Notes: generated from the letters alone by a model not told the origin. Shown: positions 8,558-17,441, counted from the first letter of the stretch. The stretch: 26,769 bases of DNA from a virus (IMGVR_UViG_3300031248_000009:1-26769); one strand, 5' to 3'. Made by a program: numbers and translations.

Positions 8558-9543
8558 GCCGGGTCCATCGAGGCAATCGCGTCGCGCGAGACGGTCGTCA
8601 CCGCGCCAGTCCAGGCTGGCGTCACGTCGTCTTCGGCGTAGACCGTGATCGTGTACGGCGAGGCTGCGCCCGTAATCTCGACCTTGTTGCGGCTGTAGCG
8701 CAGGGCGTCTTTCACGGTGCGTCCGCCATCGGCAGTTCCGGCGATCGAGCGCCCGAGGAGTTTGTCAGCGACGGCAGCGTGCTCAGCAACCGTGAGCGCG
8801 TAACCCGTCTTACTGCCAGCGGCCACCACTACGCCAGAAGTCCCGGTGTCGTCGAGAATCGCAGCAATGCTAGCGTTGTCGGGGGCGGTGTAGGCTGCGC
8901 TCGACAGGCGCGTCGAAACGGCCACATCAAGGTTCCCAAGATCGCCAACGACCGCCACATCGCCGCCGAACGTACCGCCAGTGACGTGCCCGGCGACAGC
9001 TTCATCCCATACCGCGTCGGCTATTTCCGCTGCGGCATCGGCTGCCAGCGCGTCGGCGTCGATCGCGCCGGTCGCAATTGCGGCAGCGTCAATGGCCCCG
9101 GCAGCAAACGTGGCTGCATCAATTGCTCCGTCCGCAATGGCAGCGGCATTGATTGCCCCGGCCCCGAACGTCCCGGCAACAATCAGCCCTGCAGTGATCT
9201 CGTTCGTATGCACCTGAAGCGCGTCCGACCCTGAGACCAGCGCGTCGTAGACGTTCGCTGGCAGCACCGTGAAGTGCATCCAGACTGGAAGGTGGGTCGC
9301 TGCGTCGTGAACCTTGACCGTCAGATCGCCGAGCGTGTTCGTGTGGGTCGTCGTCAGCGCGATCGGATACCAGCCGTCTGAATCAAGCGTCCCGAGTACA
9401 GGCCCGGCGCCGAACGCAGCGCCCGCCTTGCTGATTTCCGTTCCGGCCCCTGCGAGTCCCGCTTCCTCGGTCACGCCATCGGTCTTGTCGAGGAACGGCC
9501 CGAGCAGCACCGTAACTGCCGTCGATTGCTTCAGGACTCTCAT
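8554..9543 (-). CDS. Putative virion structural/fibre protein with Ala-rich 10-aa repeats
   Basis: Repeats AGAINAAAIA/DGAIDAATFA/AGAIDAAAIA/TGAIDADALA followed by EIADAVWDE; ATGA-coupled. Confidence 0.65.
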   Translation of the reverse strand: MRVLKQSTAVTVLLGPFLDKTDGVTEEAGLAGAGTEISKAGAAFGAGPVLGTLDSDGWYPIALTTTHTNTLGDLTVKVHDAATHLPVWMHFTVLPANVYDALVSGSDALQVHTNEITAGLIVAGTFGAGAINAAAIADGAIDAATFAAGAIDAAAIATGAIDADALAADAAAEIADAVWDEAVAGHVTGGTFGGDVAVVGDLGNLDVAVSTRLSSAAYTAPDNASIAAILDDTGTSGVVVAAGSKTGYALTVAEHAAVADKLLGRSIAGTADGGRTVKDALRYSRNKVEITGAASPYTITVYAEDDVTPAWTGAVTTVSRDAIASMDPA

Positions 9544-10472
9544 GTCCTACGCCTCGCGTAAGTGGGCATCAATACGGGAACACTTGTCGCGGGCGTGTAA
9601 ATGATGATGATGACTCCGGCTCCGCCGCCTCCGCCCACGTTGCCGCCACCACCGCCACCACCGCCGACCGCCCCTGCGCCGCCAGTGTCGCCAGCGTCAG
9701 TATCGCCACCACCACCGCCACCGCCAGGGCCGCCAACGGCGCCGCCCACCGTAGCGGTGTATTGGTCCCAGCTCGCGCCTGCGCCACCGTTAGCGCCTGT
9801 TGCAGCCGCACCAGCACCGCCGCCACCGGTGCCGGCGACGCCGGCGGCCCCAGCCGTAGCACCGCCACCTGTTCCGTTGTTACCTGCGCCGCCTGGGCCG
9901 AAGGTCGTCGTGCCAGCGCCGCCGTTGGTGGACGAGCCGCCTGCCGCGCCGCCGCCCCCGCCCTGCGCGTCAGCACCCGCCGCGGTGTGGTCGCCGTCGC
10001 CGCCTGTTCTACTGACGAGCGCAGTTCCATCAGAGGCATACGACGAAGCACTCCCACCGCCCGCGTTGGTCAGGATCGTGGTGTCGCCGGTGCCGCCGTT
10101 GCCGCCGACTTGCTGCGTGCCCGAGCCGCCCGTGGCGATGCCGCCCGCGCCCCCGGTAACGCTGGTTGCGCCAGAGCCGCCTTTCGCGCCAGCCGAGGCC
10201 GCGCCGACGCTTGCACCGTTGAAGTAAGTGTCCCCGCCGTTGCCGCCTACCGCACCGGCTGCGCCGACTGCGAATGTGATGTTCCCGGAGAGCGTGATGT
10301 TCGCTGCGGTAGCAGAACCACCGCCACCACCACCACCAGCTCCGGCCGCAGCGCCGCCCGATCTGCCGCCCCCACCGCCGCCGATGCAGATCACGCGATT
10401 GTTCGCGTTATTCCAGTCAGCCGGGGTCGGCCAGGGCGAACTGTCGGCTACCTTGAGGATGACAATCGTCAT
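9540..10472 (-). CDS. Glycine-rich fibre/adhesin-like protein, 310 aa
   Basis: Start re-placed at ATG 10472 (ATGA overlap with the portal stop). VICIGGGGGG...VGAAGA...GGDTYF...GAGVIIIIY is the pattern of phage glycine-rich domains. Confidence 0.75.
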   Translation of the reverse strand: MTIVILKVADSSPWPTPADWNNANNRVICIGGGGGGRSGGAAAGAGGGGGGGSATAANITLSGNITFAVGAAGAVGGNGGDTYFNGASVGAASAGAKGGSGATSVTGGAGGIATGGSGTQQVGGNGGTGDTTILTNAGGGSASSYASDGTALVSRTGGDGDHTAAGADAQGGGGGAAGGSSTNGGAGTTTFGPGGAGNNGTGGGATAGAAGVAGTGGGGAGAAATGANGGAGASWDQYTATVGGAVGGPGGGGGGGDTDAGDTGGAGAVGGGGGGGGNVGGGGGAGVIIIIYTPATSVPVLMPTYARRRT

Positions 10473-12082
10473 GCCGGCAGAGCAGCAGCGACACCTGCTG
10501 GCGCACCAGCGGCCTGAGCAGCCATGCTGGCGATCTGCATCGCCTGCGCCTGCTGGCCGCGCTTCTCGCGAAGCGTCTCGATGTCGTCTTTGTCCGGGAT
10601 CAGCTTCGCGGGGACTCCGAGCAGCTCCGCGCGCATCCGTGCAGCTTCGTCCCAATCGTAGTTATCGAGCACCGACTCACCGAGGATCGCGGCTTCCTGC
10701 GCAAGCGAAGCCTCAAACCGATCCATCGCCGCAACATCGACCGCCTTCTGCGCCCGCGCAATCGGCGAGACGTACCGGACGGACAGCACCCGCGTCATGA
10801 GCGAGCGCGGCGGCGGCGAGAACACGCCTGCACGGTAGGCAATCCCGAAGCAGCGCGTCACGAGCCACTGCAGGAATTCCGACTGCATGCGGCCATACAC
10901 GGGCCCGAGGAGCTGTCGGATCATCTCGACGCGCACCACGATCTCGGTTGCAGTGGGCGGCTCTCCGGCTTTCTTCTGCGGCTCGAGCTGGTCGGCCATC
11001 AGCACCTTGCGGATCGAGCGCTGCAGCCGGTCGATCTCAAGAAGCGCCGCCTTGAAGTCCCCGCCTGGCGTGAGCGGCCAGAAGTTTTCCTTCTCGGCCA
11101 TCACGATCACCTTGCGCGGGCCGATCTTGATCGAGCGCGCGTTGAGCACCCCATCGTCAACCGCGCCCCACATCCCGGCTACGGCCAGATCCATGTTCGC
11201 GAGGTCGTACTTCACAACTTCGTTCAGCGTCTTCAGATCCGGTAGCGCCTCCTTCACCGGCCCGAAGGCGTACACCGACCCTGGCACCGGGCTCCACCGC
11301 GGGACACCGACCGGCAGCTCGTGGTAGCCCGACTCACGCACAACCTTCTTCGTCTGGCATTCGATGTGCGTCGAGGCGAACGGAAGGTTCTTCGAGAAGC
11401 GCCCAGGTGTTCCTGAGCGCGGATAGACGCAGCGGACGAACTGCACCACTTCGTCGGGCTTCTCGGACGCCTGCTTTCGCACCTGCTCGGAGAGCATTTC
11501 TTCACCGTAGTCGTGCACGGCCTGCTCGGCCGAGAGCGGGAACTCGTTGAAGACCGTATCGACCGGGCCGCCTGGCATCGAAGCGGCGAAGTAGGTATTC
11601 GCGAGCGACCACGATTCGAACCGGAAGCCCCCGCCTTCGGCTTCCTCGACGAACATCGGGAACATGCCAGCGGCAGCCATGTCGAGCATGCACTCGAAAC
11701 CCACCGCGTCGTAGTTCGAGGCGTGGATGTTCTCCCACAGCATCTGCGCGGACTCGTCCAGCCAGCGTTTTTCCTCGTCCGTTTCGTTCCCGGCGTCCAG
11801 ACCGAACCAGCGGGAGTTGGCCGGCGTCAGACCAGACATGAGAGCCGATGCGAGGATGCGTACGCTATCGGTGCCGGTTGAGTCGAGCAGCTCGTCCTGC
11901 TTCGTGGTGCCGCTTGAGACGTGCTGCTGCGTTGGATCAGGTGAAGGCGAACCGAGCGATTCGAACGCTGCGCCCCTCAAGGGGTACGTGTAGTTGAAGC
12001 ACTGGCGCCACTCTTCCTCGACGACGGAGCGCCGCGCCCGGAGCTGCTCCAGGCGCTTCAGGAGCTTCGCGCCGTCGATCAT
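10469..12082 (-). CDS. Portal protein (head-tail connector, T7 gp8-like), 537 aa
   Basis: LLDSTGTDSVRILASALMSGLTPANSRWF, ESGYHELP..VPRW, TATEIVVR...LGPVYGRMQSEFL, YVSPIARAQ. Confidence 0.95.
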   Translation of the reverse strand: MIDGAKLLKRLEQLRARRSVVEEEWRQCFNYTYPLRGAAFESLGSPSPDPTQQHVSSGTTKQDELLDSTGTDSVRILASALMSGLTPANSRWFGLDAGNETDEEKRWLDESAQMLWENIHASNYDAVGFECMLDMAAAGMFPMFVEEAEGGGFRFESWSLANTYFAASMPGGPVDTVFNEFPLSAEQAVHDYGEEMLSEQVRKQASEKPDEVVQFVRCVYPRSGTPGRFSKNLPFASTHIECQTKKVVRESGYHELPVGVPRWSPVPGSVYAFGPVKEALPDLKTLNEVVKYDLANMDLAVAGMWGAVDDGVLNARSIKIGPRKVIVMAEKENFWPLTPGGDFKAALLEIDRLQRSIRKVLMADQLEPQKKAGEPPTATEIVVRVEMIRQLLGPVYGRMQSEFLQWLVTRCFGIAYRAGVFSPPPRSLMTRVLSVRYVSPIARAQKAVDVAAMDRFEASLAQEAAILGESVLDNYDWDEAARMRAELLGVPAKLIPDKDDIETLREKRGQQAQAMQIASMAAQAAGAPAGVAAALPA

Positions 12083-12085
12083 CGA

Positions 12086-12310
12086 TCAGCCGCCGAGGGT
12101 CTGCTTCGCGGCAGGGGCGGCCGTGGAGGCGGTGCTCGCATCGCCCTGGCCGCCAGTAGCCAACAGCGACGACGCACGCAACCTGCGCCTACGCGAGGTC
12201 GCCTTCTGCGCGGCCTCGGCCTCGATCTTCGACTGGTCGTCTTTCGGTGACTCGCGCACGATCGGGGGCGTGTCTTTTGATCCGAACAGCGCATCGATGA
12301 ATCCGCACAT
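12086..12310 (-). CDS. Small pre-portal virion protein
   Basis: MCG... start, basic middle, SLLATGGQG...KQTLGG end, typical of the gene before podovirus portals; SD GGAG upstream. Confidence 0.7.
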   Translation of the reverse strand: MCGFIDALFGSKDTPPIVRESPKDDQSKIEAEAAQKATSRRRRLRASSLLATGGQGDASTASTAAPAAKQTLGG

Positions 12311-12319
12311 GACTGTCTC

Positions 12320-12946
12320 CTATTCCCCTGTTCGAAAGCTCTGCTGCGCACGCTCGACTTCAGCCTTGGTCTCGTTGCGCGTTACCCAGCCCAGTTCCGT
12401 GAGCACGCTTTTCGTGAGCTTGCCGGCGTTGCGCAGCTTCATCGCCTCGTCGTAGCTCATCTCCTTCTTCGCGTTCACCGGCATGGTCCTCGGGCGCTCT
12501 GGATCGCCACTGATCGGAGACGGCGCCACCGGCGCGCGCGGCTTGGCGATCTTTCTCATCTGCCCACGTTGGGCGGCGGCGATGGCTTCTTCCACGTTCG
12601 ACTCGGCAGCCTCCGGTTCGGGCGCGGCGGCCTCCTGGCCGGGTTGTCTCAGCGTCTTCGGTGCAGCAGCAGCTCGCATCGGTCTCTCCTGTGGCGTGGG
12701 TTGTACATCGGGCGCGGCGGCCGAACCGTCGCTATTGCGTTTTTCTCGTTCCTGGGCGTGGAACTTGAGAAGCAGCCGGCCGTGCTCGAAACGCGGCTCC
12801 TTGCCGTCGTTGAGCCAGCCCATGAGGGTCGAAGTCGGCACATTGATCGCCGCCGCAACCCGGTACATGGTCCAGCCCCAGCGACGGAATTCGAGCAGGA
12901 TCTCCTGCCACTTGACGGGCGGGTCAAGATCAACCTGCGGCTGCAT
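12320..12946 (-). CDS. HTH protein in frame with a probable separately initiated 119-aa protein (internal ATG 12679)
   Basis: N-terminal WTMYRVAAAINVPTSTLMGW..GKEPRFEHG is an XRE-like HTH; strong SD AGGAGAG at 12690-12684 precedes the in-frame MRAAAAPK. Confidence 0.65.
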   Translation of the reverse strand: MQPQVDLDPPVKWQEILLEFRRWGWTMYRVAAAINVPTSTLMGWLNDGKEPRFEHGRLLLKFHAQEREKRNSDGSAAAPDVQPTPQERPMRAAAAPKTLRQPGQEAAAPEPEAAESNVEEAIAAAQRGQMRKIAKPRAPVAPSPISGDPERPRTMPVNAKKEMSYDEAMKLRNAGKLTKSVLTELGWVTRNETKAEVERAQQSFRTGE

Positions 12947-13148
12947 GCTTGCCGTCAGGCTTCACCCACCGCAGGCGCTTGGTCTCGTAGCGCACCAGCA
13001 CGCGCTGCGGGATGCGTGAGCCGAAGAGCTGCCGGATCGCGCGGTCGATCTCGCTGATGGGCTTGGGCTCGGCGTACACCGGCTCGTCCACGTAGGGCTG
13101 GCCGACGCGGGTGATGCGCGTCCTGAGCGGCGGCATCTTGTGGTTCAC
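12930..13148 (-). CDS. Hypothetical protein, 72 aa
   Basis: GTGA-coupled to the RusA stop; fills the operon. Confidence 0.5.
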   Translation of the reverse strand: MNHKMPPLRTRITRVGQPYVDEPVYAEPKPISEIDRAIRQLFGSRIPQRVLVRYETKRLRWVKPDGKHAAAG

Positions 13149-13543
13149 GCTGCAGCCTCAGCAAAGAGCGGCGCCGCGGCCGGCACGAACTCGGACACGT
13201 CCACGATGAGCGCGCCCTTGCCGTCCGGCTCGCCGTACTCGATGGCAATCGAGCGCACTTGCTTGTCGTTCTCGTAGACGATGCCTTGCAGCGCGTCCTC
13301 GGCGATCTTCAGGCAGTTGCCGAGGTCCATCACCACGCCGTTGCGTGGCACCAGCGTTAGGTGCAGCGCGATCGGGCGCCTGGTCGGCTGGTGATAGCCT
13401 GCCTGTTTCGCGAGCCAGCCCACGTCGCGCTTGTAGCGCTTGGCTTCGTCTGACAGGTGGACCACGGCGCGCGTCCAACCCTTCGGGACGAACGAGCGCC
13501 AGTACCTGTTCGCGCTCACCGGATAGGGTAGCTCGAGCTTCAT
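13145..13543 (-). CDS. rusA: RusA-family Holliday junction resolvase
   Basis: Start ATG 13543. LPYPVSANRYWR and DLGNCLKIAEDALQGIVYENDKQV match the RusA D-x-D-N-x-x-K-x-x-x-D-x-L...D-D pattern, with substitutions. Confidence 0.85.
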   Translation of the reverse strand: MKLELPYPVSANRYWRSFVPKGWTRAVVHLSDEAKRYKRDVGWLAKQAGYHQPTRRPIALHLTLVPRNGVVMDLGNCLKIAEDALQGIVYENDKQVRSIAIEYGEPDGKGALIVDVSEFVPAAAPLFAEAAA

Positions 13544-13662
13544 GTCGCGATGGTCCAGAAGCCGTAGCCGATCGTCAGCAGGACGATGCCGACGATGCAC
13601 CAGTAGGCCGCGTCCGCGCTCATCTCCTTGCGAGCCTGGCACTCGCGCAGCTCGTCGTTCAT
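13540..13662 (-). CDS. 40-aa single-pass membrane peptide
   Basis: My translation: MNDELRECQARKEMSADAAYWCIVGIVLLTIGYGFWTIAT; ATGA overlaps at both ends. Confidence 0.6.
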   Translation of the reverse strand: MNDELRECQARKEMSADAAYWCIVGIVLLTIGYGFWTIAT

Positions 13663-14033
13663 GCGGCAACGTCTTCAGGATCGCGTAGTACGACGCCCTG
13701 ATCGATCGCCCAGGCTCGCGCGAAATGCTTGAGTTCTCCGCCCTGCCCGATCGTCAGGCGAGACTGTTTCTGCCGCGTCGTCATCACGGCACCGCTTCCG
13801 GTGAGCGCCGGGAGCATCTGCGGCTTCCAGCCCTTTTCCTCTGCGAAGGCGGCGAGCATGAGCTGGTGCCACTCCCACGGCGTTCGCTTCAGCCCCGAGC
13901 CGCGCGGCCAGTCGAGCTGCTCGGCGATGTCGGCGTAGACGGCCTCGACCGCGGCATGCTGATCCGGCAGCATCGGGCGCAGCAGCGCACTGCACCGCTC
14001 GCATCGATCGACGAGTGAGCCACGCGCGCTCAT
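13659..14033 (-). CDS. NinB/Orf-family recombination protein
   Basis: DIAEQLDW..G.KRTPWEWHQL...MLPALTGSG.V...QSRLT...EL...AWAIDQGV resembles NinB; adjacent to rusA. Confidence 0.7.
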   Translation of the reverse strand: MSARGSLVDRCERCSALLRPMLPDQHAAVEAVYADIAEQLDWPRGSGLKRTPWEWHQLMLAAFAEEKGWKPQMLPALTGSGAVMTTRQKQSRLTIGQGGELKHFARAWAIDQGVVLRDPEDVAA

Positions 14034-14088
14034 TGCGGGAAAGGCCAGCCGGTCGCAGGATCGTAGTGCGTCATCACCGTCTGGCCCT

Positions 14089-14391
14089 TCACTCCCCCAC
14101 TTCTTCGAAGAGGAGCGAGAGCTGCTCGCACTCGCGTTTCTTCTCCTCGAATTTCTCGCCGGCGCGCGCCACCACGAACCGGCGCACCACCGACGCGAGC
14201 AGGCCCGAGTCCTCGGCCGCTTTCTTGATCGCGTCAGCGAAGCTCTCAGCCGCTTCGTCAGCCGCGGTCTTCAGGTGGACCAGCTCGTCCACGCGCTCGT
14301 CGATCACCTGCGGGCGCTGCACCTGCTCCTGCTTGTCAGGGCTCACGCGGCCTTTACCGCGCTTCGTCGTGCCTTCCGTTCGCATCTCCAT
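14089..14391 (-). CDS. Small helical protein, possibly GapR/DUF2312-like DNA-binding
   Basis: Start ATG 14391 with SD AAGGAG; ERVDELVHLK...FADAIKKAAEDSGL..SVVRRFV pattern. The family call is tentative. Confidence 0.5.
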   Translation of the reverse strand: MEMRTEGTTKRGKGRVSPDKQEQVQRPQVIDERVDELVHLKTAADEAAESFADAIKKAAEDSGLLASVVRRFVVARAGEKFEEKKRECEQLSLLFEEVGE

Positions 14392-14575
14392 CGTCGCTCT
14401 CCTTGGGTTGACTTCGCTTGCGCTCACGCTTCACGTCCTCGACGAGTTGCCGAGCTGCGGCCTCGCCGCGTGCTTTCTCCACGCCCTCGTAGTACGCCTG
14501 GCGCCAGTCCGCGTCGTGCTGCAATACCCAGCGCGCCTCGCACTCTCGCCGCCACTCTTCGCTCGTCGTGTCCAT
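14354..14575 (-). CDS. Hypothetical phage protein, 73 aa
   Basis: SEEWRRECEARWVL...YYEGVEKARGEAAARQL, a plausible phage protein in the operon. Confidence 0.6.
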   Translation of the reverse strand: MDTTSEEWRRECEARWVLQHDADWRQAYYEGVEKARGEAAARQLVEDVKRERKRSQPKESDDGDANGRHDEAR

Positions 14576-14599
14576 CTCTCGAAATGCGCGCGCGCGAGG

Positions 14600-14977
14600 T
14601 CATGCCGCGAGCGCTTCTTCGTCGTCCTGTCCGGGTTCACGGACGAAACGCTTTGCAGACTCGACGCCGCGTTCACGCACCAGCCGCATGTAGTTGCTGC
14701 GCTGGAATGCCTTGCGGATCTCGGCGCAGACGTGGTTGTCCTCCTGCTTCGCGCGAGCTGCGATTCGCTCGGGCGTGAACCATGTCGGGTAGTGCGTGGT
14801 GCACAGATTCACCCAGGCATTTCCGTCGCCTCGAACACGCACGAGGGCAGCATTGGTGCAGCCCATGAACGCGCACTCCGGGCCGCGCGGAGCCTCGATA
14901 TCGGTTGCTGCGCGCCAGCCGCAGAGACAGGAGATCGCTTCGACTTTCAGCCTTCGCTGGCAGCGCGGGCATTTCAT
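14600..14977 (-). CDS. Cys-rich putative Zn-binding protein
   Basis: CPRC...CLC, CAFMGC...CTTH; ATGA-coupled to the initiator gene. Confidence 0.6.
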   Translation of the reverse strand: MKCPRCQRRLKVEAISCLCGWRAATDIEAPRGPECAFMGCTNAALVRVRGDGNAWVNLCTTHYPTWFTPERIAARAKQEDNHVCAEIRKAFQRSNYMRLVRERGVESAKRFVREPGQDDEEALAA

Positions 14978-15762
14978 ATCGCCACCCGTTTCGGAAATTC
15001 ACGCTGCTGCGGTTGCTGCTGTGCAACGCGGCCGGCCCGGTCCTGCGTCCTCGAAAACCAGTTGACCAGGAATCGCTCCCAGTTCGACTTCCGGTTCGCG
15101 GGGTTCGCCGCGGCCCAGGCGGCTGCGCGCTCGATTTCAGGTGGGATCGGAACGGCCGGGTAAGCCTCCTGCCAGCGCAGCTCGTCTGCCTCGGTGATGC
15201 CTGAGAATTTCCCTGCCTCGAAGTCGAATCGAATCCGCTTTGCGGGCACCTTCGACGGCCCACGGCGCGAAGCGTCGGGGGCAAGTGAAGTTGAATCAGG
15301 ATTCAGAGAATCAGGATTCAGAGAATCAGGGGGTTGCGACCCCCTCTTTATGACACCATCTTTCTCGGAATTCGGCCTTGATGCTGATGCGATCTTCTCT
15401 GGGAAAGACAGAACAGCATCAACAGAGTTTTCTTGGAGTGGCGGCGGCTTTATGACGCTAGGTTTCTCGGAATAGTGCGGTGTTTGATGGGTTGAAAACT
15501 TGGAAATCTGGATGAATGATCCGTCCGAATTCTTGTAGCGCACCAAGAATCCGCGCGCTTGAAGCTCATCCAGCAACGGGTCAACGTCCTGCGAATCGAA
15601 TGGCAGGAGTTCGCCCTTGATGCGCTTCGGACGATCCTCGAGACGCCCTTCCCTGTCGGCTAGCATCCAGAGCCCAGGGAAGATGAGCCGCGCCCAGACC
15701 GAGCACTCGGCCAGATCCTCGTTCTTGTAGAACCCAGGCTTGATGTTCCTGGCTCTAGCCAT
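14974..15762 (-). CDS. Phage replication initiator (lambda O-like role)
   Basis: MARARNIKPGFYKNEDL...GLWMLADREGRLEDRP N-terminal domain, low-complexity linker with DNA repeats, C-terminal WAAANP..RKSNWERFLVNW domain. Confidence 0.8.
   Translation of the reverse strand: MARARNIKPGFYKNEDLAECSVWARLIFPGLWMLADREGRLEDRPKRIKGELLPFDSQDVDPLLDELQARGFLVRYKNSDGSFIQISKFSTHQTPHYSEKPSVIKPPPLQENSVDAVLSFPEKIASASRPNSEKDGVIKRGSQPPDSLNPDSLNPDSTSLAPDASRRGPSKVPAKRIRFDFEAGKFSGITEADELRWQEAYPAVPIPPEIERAAAWAAANPANRKSNWERFLVNWFSRTQDRAGRVAQQQPQQREFPKRVAI
15293..15473. repeat. Repeats within the initiator gene, candidate origin
   Basis: 15-bp GAATCAGGATTCAGA x2.5 (15293-15330); 26-bp CTTTATGAC-N6-TTTCTCGGAAT at 15346-15371 and 15448-15473; locally lower GC. 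Confidence 0.6.
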
Positions 15763-17441
15763 CAGGCCGCGACCTCCAGCGATGCCTGTTCGAACTGCGC
15801 CCGCGCAATGGCCGCTGCGAGTGGCGGGCAGACGGAGTTGCCGACCATCCTCACCTGAGCGTCCTTCGCCAGGCGCTTGCCTTCGACGATGATGTCGATC
15901 AGGTAACTGTCGGGGAACCCTTGCGCTCGGAACAACTCGCGCGGCGCGAGCATCCGCATGCCGATGTCGGCAATGACATAAGGCGTGCCATGCACCGTCA
16001 CCACGCCGCAGCGATCTACCGTCGAGAGCGTTGGCACCGGCTCATCGCAGCGGCTGCCCTGGCCGCCTGATCGCACGCCGGAGTAGTACCCAAGCAGAAA
16101 GGCGCGCACCTCGGCGTAGTGATTGCCGCCCGCCTGAACGGTGTGCAGCGGCAGGCCGAGCTGTTGGCCGTCGCGCGCCGTGCCCTTGAGCTTCACCAGG
16201 CTCGATGCGACGAGCGCATGGTGGTCGCGCGTGGTGACAGTGTCGAAGGCCGTGCAGATAGGAGAGCCCGGCGTCTCGTGCCCGCCGTAGTGCTTGGCGA
16301 GGAACGCGGCGACGAGGGCGTGCTTCTGCCCGCCACCGACCACGGTCCCGAGGGGCTTGTCGAGCCCCGGCACGCGCGGCGCCTGGCCCGGCCGCTCGCC
16401 ATAGCCGGTGGTGATGAGCGTGGGCGCGATGAGCGCGAAGTCCTTTGAAGCCGGTACGGTAGGCACCGGCTCTGAGATCGAATGCTCGCCGTGACCCCAG
16501 CGCTTTGAGCCGTTCAGGCCGCTATCGGCATGCGCGGTGCGCGCAAGGTATGGTGTGACGAGCGAGTATTTAGGATCTGCCGTCAGCGTGCGCAGGGGCT
16601 CCTGCGTGCTATGCGCGCGGTCGCGACCGCCACCCCAGTACGGCATGATGAACGGCTGCGGGTTGTCGATGACGAACTTCTTCAGCCCGCGCGCGATGCG
16701 CCTCTCGGTGTTCTCGGCAAGCGGACGCTTGACGCGATGCTGCCGCGCTTCGTCCTTCGTCAGGAAGATCGAATAGGTCGGCAGGCTCCATTCGATGCAC
16801 TCCGCCGCCGCGCGCCACGGCTCGCGGCCCTTGCCGTGTGTCGGTTTCGGCCAGACGATCGGCAGGCCGTCGCGCCGCGCGACGAGGAACAGGCGCTTGC
16901 GCGTGGTCGGAGCGCCGTAGTCCGCGGCAATCAGCTCGCGCCACTCGACCGCATAGCCGAGCGCGCGGAGTTTGCCGACCCAGATGCGGAACGTGAGCCC
17001 GACGCGCTGCGGGCACGGCCGGTTGTTCTCCAGCAGCGGACCCCAGTCCTCGAACTCCTCGACGTTCTCCAGGCAGATGACGCGCGGGCGGACGAGCTTC
17101 GCCCACCGGACCACCACCCAGGCGAGCGCGCGGATCTTCTTCTCGACAGGCTTGCCGCCCTTCGCCTTGCTGAAGTGTTTGCAGTCCGGGCTAAACCACG
17201 CGAGCCCGATCGGGCGCCCGCGGCAGGCTTCGCGCGGATCGACCTTCCACACGTCCTCGCAGTAGTGCCGCGTCGCCGGATGGTTCGCCTGGTGCATGGC
17301 GATCGCCTCGGCGTCGTGGTTGATCGCCACGTCGGGCGAGCGGCCGAGTGCCAGTTCGATGCCGAGGGACGCGCCTCCGCCGCCAGCGAAATTGTCGACA
17401 ATCAGTTCGTCGGCGTAGATGCGAAGCGCCGGCGCCCTCAC
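15762..17441 (-). CDS. C5 cytosine DNA methyltransferase, 559 aa
   Basis: Motif I DNFAGGGG, motif IV FSPDCKHFS, motif VI LENVEEF, motif VIII YGAPTTRKRLF, motifs IX/X RELFRAQGFP...GNSVCP. Confidence 0.95.
   Translation of the reverse strand: MRAPALRIYADELIVDNFAGGGGASLGIELALGRSPDVAINHDAEAIAMHQANHPATRHYCEDVWKVDPREACRGRPIGLAWFSPDCKHFSKAKGGKPVEKKIRALAWVVVRWAKLVRPRVICLENVEEFEDWGPLLENNRPCPQRVGLTFRIWVGKLRALGYAVEWRELIAADYGAPTTRKRLFLVARRDGLPIVWPKPTHGKGREPWRAAAECIEWSLPTYSIFLTKDEARQHRVKRPLAENTERRIARGLKKFVIDNPQPFIMPYWGGGRDRAHSTQEPLRTLTADPKYSLVTPYLARTAHADSGLNGSKRWGHGEHSISEPVPTVPASKDFALIAPTLITTGYGERPGQAPRVPGLDKPLGTVVGGGQKHALVAAFLAKHYGGHETPGSPICTAFDTVTTRDHHALVASSLVKLKGTARDGQQLGLPLHTVQAGGNHYAEVRAFLLGYYSGVRSGGQGSRCDEPVPTLSTVDRCGVVTVHGTPYVIADIGMRMLAPRELFRAQGFPDSYLIDIIVEGKRLAKDAQVRMVGNSVCPPLAAAIARAQFEQASLEVAA

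Noticed and set aside
9601-10800. Long Pro-rich plus-strand ORFs (9601-10227, 10228-10800)
   Set aside because: They are antisense shadows of the Gly-rich gene: GGC/GGT codons read as Pro/Ala on the other strand.
1-12310. A third VR in a structural gene
   Set aside because: By eye I found no TR-like sequence or RARAVRR end in the virion genes here; a tail fibre outside the window cannot be excluded.
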